Shown here one piece after another: positions 60,734 to 64,000 of a stretch of 64,000 nt of DNA (within the stretch, counting starts at the first letter, position 1; every line of letters begins with the position of its first letter). This stretch comes from Candidatus Aminicenantes bacterium (GTDB taxonomy: Bacteria > Acidobacteriota > Aminicenantia > Aminicenantales > Saccharicenantaceae), in NCBI GenBank assembly GCA_034679465.1, contig JAXDAV010000026.1, positions 64,239 to 128,238 of the forward strand, in the 5' to 3' direction. A model generated the notes under the pieces. That model worked only from the letters and a program-made list of their open reading frames with translations, ran no database searches and was not told where the DNA came from. The translations under genes and the position numbers were made by a program.

Positions 60734-61488
60734 CTGCGCGCATTGCGCGTATGGACTTGCGCCAGAGGGCGCGGACGAGCGCCGGCGCGGCGGACGGCCG
60801 CCCGGGCCCCGACGGTCAGGGGCTCGATCATGGGAACCGGGAGGTCCGCCGCCGCGAGGACGAGCGGCACCTCGGTGCAGCCGGCCAGGATCGCCTCAGC
60901 GCCCCGGCCGACGAGGCCCGCGGCGATCTCGAGGAGGGCCTCCCGGGGCCGGCCGCCCGTGAAGCCCGCCTTGATGCCCTTCCTCCCGTAGATCGCCGAC
61001 ATGACCATCTTTTGGCTACGGGGCGGGGGGACGATGACTCCGATCCCGGCCGCCTCGAAAGCCTTGGCGACGATGCCGGAGCTCACGGTCCCGGTCGTGG
61101 CGATAAGCCCGATCGCCGCGGGGGCCGGGCGCATGCTTCGGACGTGCGCCAGGGTCTCGTCGATCAGGCTCATCAGGGGCAGGGGCGAGCGGGCCGCGAT
61201 CCGGGGATAGAAATGGTGGGCCGTGATGCATGACATGACGGCGAAATCCGCTCCCGCCCGCCGGAGCGCGCGAAGCCCGCGCAGGAGGGCCGGGACAGGG
61301 CTGGGGCCGCCGTGGAGGATGGCCTCGGTCCGATCGGGGACCTGGGGCAGGCTGCAGATGATGACCGGGGGATGCTCCTGGTCGCGCCCGGCCTCGGTCT
61401 CCCGGATGATCCGTTCGAAGAAGTAGGCCCCGGCCTCCGGGCCCATGCCGCCGAGGACGCCGATCGTCTTGAGCTCTCCGCGGCTCAC
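60730..61488 (-). CDS. Aspartate/glutamate-family amino acid racemase
   Basis: IGVLGGMGPEAGAYFF. Two catalytic-Cys regions: VMSCITAH and ILAGCTEVPL. Confidence 0.8.
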   Translation of the reverse strand: MSRGELKTIGVLGGMGPEAGAYFFERIIRETEAGRDQEHPPVIICSLPQVPDRTEAILHGGPSPVPALLRGLRALRRAGADFAVMSCITAHHFYPRIAARSPLPLMSLIDETLAHVRSMRPAPAAIGLIATTGTVSSGIVAKAFEAAGIGVIVPPPRSQKMVMSAIYGRKGIKAGFTGGRPREALLEIAAGLVGRGAEAILAGCTEVPLVLAAADLPVPMIEPLTVGARAAVRRAGARPRPLAQVHTRNARS

Positions 61489-62651
61489 TTGAGGAGGGCC
61501 TCGATCCTGTCGAGCGGGAGGGCCTCGGCGACGCGGCCGTCCTTGCCCTCGGTCCGGACGGCCTTGAAGAGGGAGTTGAGGATGGCCTCCTCCGAGGCCT
61601 CGGCCGCGGCCTGGAAGAGCGGCGACATCGCGTCGTCGCGGAGAAGAGTGACCGTCCGCTCTCTCTCCGTCGCGCGATGGGGCGCGCGGACGCCCGCGGC
61701 GGTCGAGAAGGCGATGGCGTAGTCGCCGCTGCCGTTCGAGAAGTACCCGCCCGTGCGGGCGATGCCGAGCAGGGCGCGCTTGGCCAGGCGCTCGAGGTTG
61801 CGGGCGTCGAGCGGCGCGTCCGTGGCCACGACGATCATGCAGGAGCCGTCCCCGGACGGGTTCGGCCCGGCCGAGGCGGCGCCGAGGCCGGCCTCCTTCC
61901 GGTCGAAGGGAAGGCCGCGGATGGTCAGGACGCCGCCGAAGTTCGTCTGGACCAGGACGCCGACCGTCCAGCCGCCCCGGCCCTCCGGCAGGCGGCGCGA
62001 GGCGGTGCCGATCCCGCCCTTGTAATCGAAACAGGTCGTGCCCGTGCCGGCGCCGACGACCCCTTCGGCGACCGCGCCGCCGGAGGCGGACCTGATGGCC
62101 CCGAGGACGTGGGCTTTGGTGACGCGCCGGCCGCGGATATCGTTGAGCCAGCCGTCGTTGGTCTCCCCCACGACCGGGTTGACCGATCCGACCCCTTCGT
62201 TGCCGGGGAGGCCGAGCGCCCAGTCGATGACGGCCTCGGCCGCGGTCGGGACGCTCAGCGTGTTGGTCAGGACGATCGGCGTCTCGATCGTTCCGAGCTC
62301 CCGGACTTGGGTCACGCCCGTCAGCTTCCCGTAGCCGTTGGCGATCGAGATCCCGGCCGGGACCTTGTCCTGGAAGATGTTGCCGCCGTGGGGGAGGACG
62401 GCCGTGACGCCGGTCCGGACGTCCCGGCCTTCGATGAGCGTGACCTGCCCGACCTTGACCCCGGCGACGTCCGTGATGGCATTGAGCGGGCCGGTCGGGA
62501 GGACCCCGACGACGAGGCCGAATTCCCGGGCCCGGGGACGGGCGGCGGAAGCCTGCCCGACGGTCCCTGAGGCGAGCTTGGCGGCGCCGATAAGGACGAG
62601 AACAAGACCGAAGGCGAAACCCAGAGCGACAGGAGCGGGCATGGCTCTCAT
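61485..62651 (-). CDS. P1 (DmpA/S58) family aminopeptidase, exported
   Basis: The real start is ATG 62651 or 62642 (MRAMPAPVALGFAFGLVLVL). GPLNAITDVAGVKVGQ, GETNDGWLNDI, VVGAGTGTTCFDYKGGIGTAS, GDGSCMIVVATDAPL. Its stop overlaps the racemase start (ATGA). Confidence 0.75.
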   Translation of the reverse strand: MRAMPAPVALGFAFGLVLVLIGAAKLASGTVGQASAARPRAREFGLVVGVLPTGPLNAITDVAGVKVGQVTLIEGRDVRTGVTAVLPHGGNIFQDKVPAGISIANGYGKLTGVTQVRELGTIETPIVLTNTLSVPTAAEAVIDWALGLPGNEGVGSVNPVVGETNDGWLNDIRGRRVTKAHVLGAIRSASGGAVAEGVVGAGTGTTCFDYKGGIGTASRRLPEGRGGWTVGVLVQTNFGGVLTIRGLPFDRKEAGLGAASAGPNPSGDGSCMIVVATDAPLDARNLERLAKRALLGIARTGGYFSNGSGDYAIAFSTAAGVRAPHRATERERTVTLLRDDAMSPLFQAAAEASEEAILNSLFKAVRTEGKDGRVAEALPLDRIEALLK

Positions 62652-62702
62652 GGTGCCCTCATCATACGAAGAGCCGGGGCAAATGACAAGCGGCCCCCGT
62701 CC

Positions 62703-63554
62703 GTGTCCGTTTCCCTGATCTGCGTCCTGGCTGATACAGCCTTTCGCGCGCGTCCCTCGATCCGGGGCCGCGTCCTGGGGCCGGGCGCCTTGAGCGGGCC
62801 CGGGCTTTCTGGTAAAAGAAAGGCCGTGACCGAAAGCTGGTGCCCTTACCTCACCGTACCCCGCCTGGCCGCCGTTCCCGGGCTCGTCCACGGCTTCGGC
62901 GACGCCCGCTGGAGCGAGGCGGATTTCCCGGCTTTCGCCGAAGCCCGGGGTCTCCGCCCGGTGATCATGCGCCAGCTCCATTCGGACATCGTCTGCCGGC
63001 TCGACGCGGCCCCGGAAGGCCCGCTCGAAGGGGACGCCCTGCTGACGAACGTCCCCGGCCTTGTCCTCGTCATCCGCACGGCCGACTGTCTGCCCGTGCT
63101 CCTCTTCGACGAGCCGAATCGGGCCGTCGCGGCGGTCCACTGCGGCTGGCGCGGCACGGAGAAACGGATCCTGGAGAAGGCCGTCCGGGCCATGGGCGAG
63201 GCCTACGGCTCGAAGCCCGCGGCGATGATCGCCGCGCTCGGCCCCTGCATCGGCCCGGCCTGCTACGAGGTCGGCCCGGAGGTCCGGGATGCCTATCTGC
63301 GGGCCGGGCTTCCGGCGAGCCTCTTCGTGGAGCGGGGAAGCCTCCCCGCCATCCGGGTCCCCGATTACAAGGGAAGATACCTTCTCGACCTGCGGGCCGC
63401 GAACATCTGGCTGCTCGGCGAGCGGGGCTTCAAGAAAGCCAATATCTTCAACCCCGGCCCGATCTGCACCCACTGCGAGCCGCGGCTCCTGTCTTACCGC
63501 CGCCACGCCGCCGACCCGCGCCGGATGATCAGCTTCATCGGCCTGACTCCATAA
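62703..63554 (+). CDS. pgeF: Peptidoglycan editing factor PgeF (YfiH/DUF152, laccase-domain protein)
   Basis: VPGLVHGF, MRQLHSD, GDALLTN, IRTADCLPVLL, AAVHCGWRG, LGPCIGPACYEVG, CTHCEPRLLSYRR. The start is uncertain: GTG 62703, or GTG 62826, which would give a typical length of about 242 aa. Confidence 0.8.
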   Translation: MSVSLICVLADTAFRARPSIRGRVLGPGALSGPGLSGKRKAVTESWCPYLTVPRLAAVPGLVHGFGDARWSEADFPAFAEARGLRPVIMRQLHSDIVCRLDAAPEGPLEGDALLTNVPGLVLVIRTADCLPVLLFDEPNRAVAAVHCGWRGTEKRILEKAVRAMGEAYGSKPAAMIAALGPCIGPACYEVGPEVRDAYLRAGLPASLFVERGSLPAIRVPDYKGRYLLDLRAANIWLLGERGFKKANIFNPGPICTHCEPRLLSYRRHAADPRRMISFIGLTP

Positions 63555-63663
63555 GCCGGACGTGGGGACGGTCGAGGCCCCTCGGGGTACGCGAGGGCCG
63601 CCTTGACATTTGCTTTTTAAAAACGATTTGGCTATCCTTGACGGGTTCAAAAAGGAGTCGGTC

Positions 63664-64000
63664 ATGGAACGTCCTATCGGCGATATCGAGCTTCGAGGTC
63701 TGCCCCTTTTCCGGAAGGGCAAGGTCCGCGACGTCTTCGAGGTCGGCGACGATCTCCTGATCGTCGCCACGGACCGCATCTCCGCCTTCGACTGGGTCCT
63801 GCCCTCGCTCATCCCCTACAAGGGCAAGGTCCTGACGCAGCTGTCGAAGTTCTGGTTCGATTCCGTCTGCCTGGTCGTCCCGAACCATCTCCTCGCGACC
63901 GAGACCAAGGACTTCCCCCCCGTCCTGGCGCCCTTCGCCGACGTCCTGGCCCAGCGCTCGATGCTGGTCAGGAAGACGAAGGTCATCCCCGTCGAATGCG
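63664..64000 (+). CDS. purC: Phosphoribosylaminoimidazole-succinocarboxamide synthase (SAICAR synthetase), 3' truncated by the window edge
   Basis: ATG 63664 with AAAAGGAG RBS. My own translation reads MERPIGDIELRGLPLFRKGKVRDVFEVGDDLLIVATDRISAFDWVLPSLIPYKGKVLTQLSKFWF, the classic PurC N-terminus. It is absent from the ORF track because no stop falls inside the window. Confidence 0.85.
   Translation, partial: MERPIGDIELRGLPLFRKGKVRDVFEVGDDLLIVATDRISAFDWVLPSLIPYKGKVLTQLSKFWFDSVCLVVPNHLLATETKDFPPVLAPFADVLAQRSMLVRKTKVIPVEC

Noticed and set aside
62652-63812. Upstream extension of ORF 61485..63812 (387 aa before MRAMPAP).
   Set aside because: Low-complexity composition, antisense to pgeF and to the purC start. 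ATG 62651 gives a normal signal-anchor and a full-length P1 peptidase.

Overview
High-GC chromosomal fragment (roughly two-thirds G+C by eye). The gene content points to a diderm bacterium: TolC/RND efflux, an OprO/P-type porin, BamB-like propellers and a YdbH/YdbL envelope module. I call about 57 protein-coding genes, one tRNA-Val(CAC), several sigma70-like promoters (TTGACA-N17-TATAAT-like), a few hairpin terminators and one in-frame tandem duplication. I saw no rRNA, CRISPR array, transposase, integrase or phage genes. Both strands carry very long open frames; most are Arg/Pro/Gly/Asp-rich shadow ORFs of the real genes, and I rejected them. Housekeeping genes: yeiP/efpL, rluA-family, pyrE, lipA, rpsU, pgeF, purC (3' partial). 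The loci most worth follow-up are: (1) A six-gene, translationally coupled minus-strand operon (4669-10890). It joins a pterin-like module (RibD_C reductase, MDR dehydrogenase, degenerate PTPS/QueD, GT1 glycosyltransferase) to an exported beta-lactamase-fold/DsbD-alpha-like fusion and a PRX-like redoxin. (2) A YdbH-like AsmA-family giant followed by what looks like a natural YnbE-YdbL fusion lipoprotein (12973-16848). (3) A lower-GC BlaI/BlaR1 module (26574-30349). Its M56 sensor carries a beta-propeller sensor domain, a Tat-exported paralogous propeller is encoded downstream, and the promoter/operator layout is clearly readable. (4) A phosphate/triphosphate locus (47808-53610): divergent CYTH, OprO/P porin, NeuTTM-like CYTH, DUF47, PiT and DASS. 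(5) A sharply low-GC single-gene islet (43354-44553) encoding a beta-lactamase-fold lipoprotein with its catalytic Ser and Lys replaced. All functional calls come from motif recognition in the supplied translations. No database search was possible.
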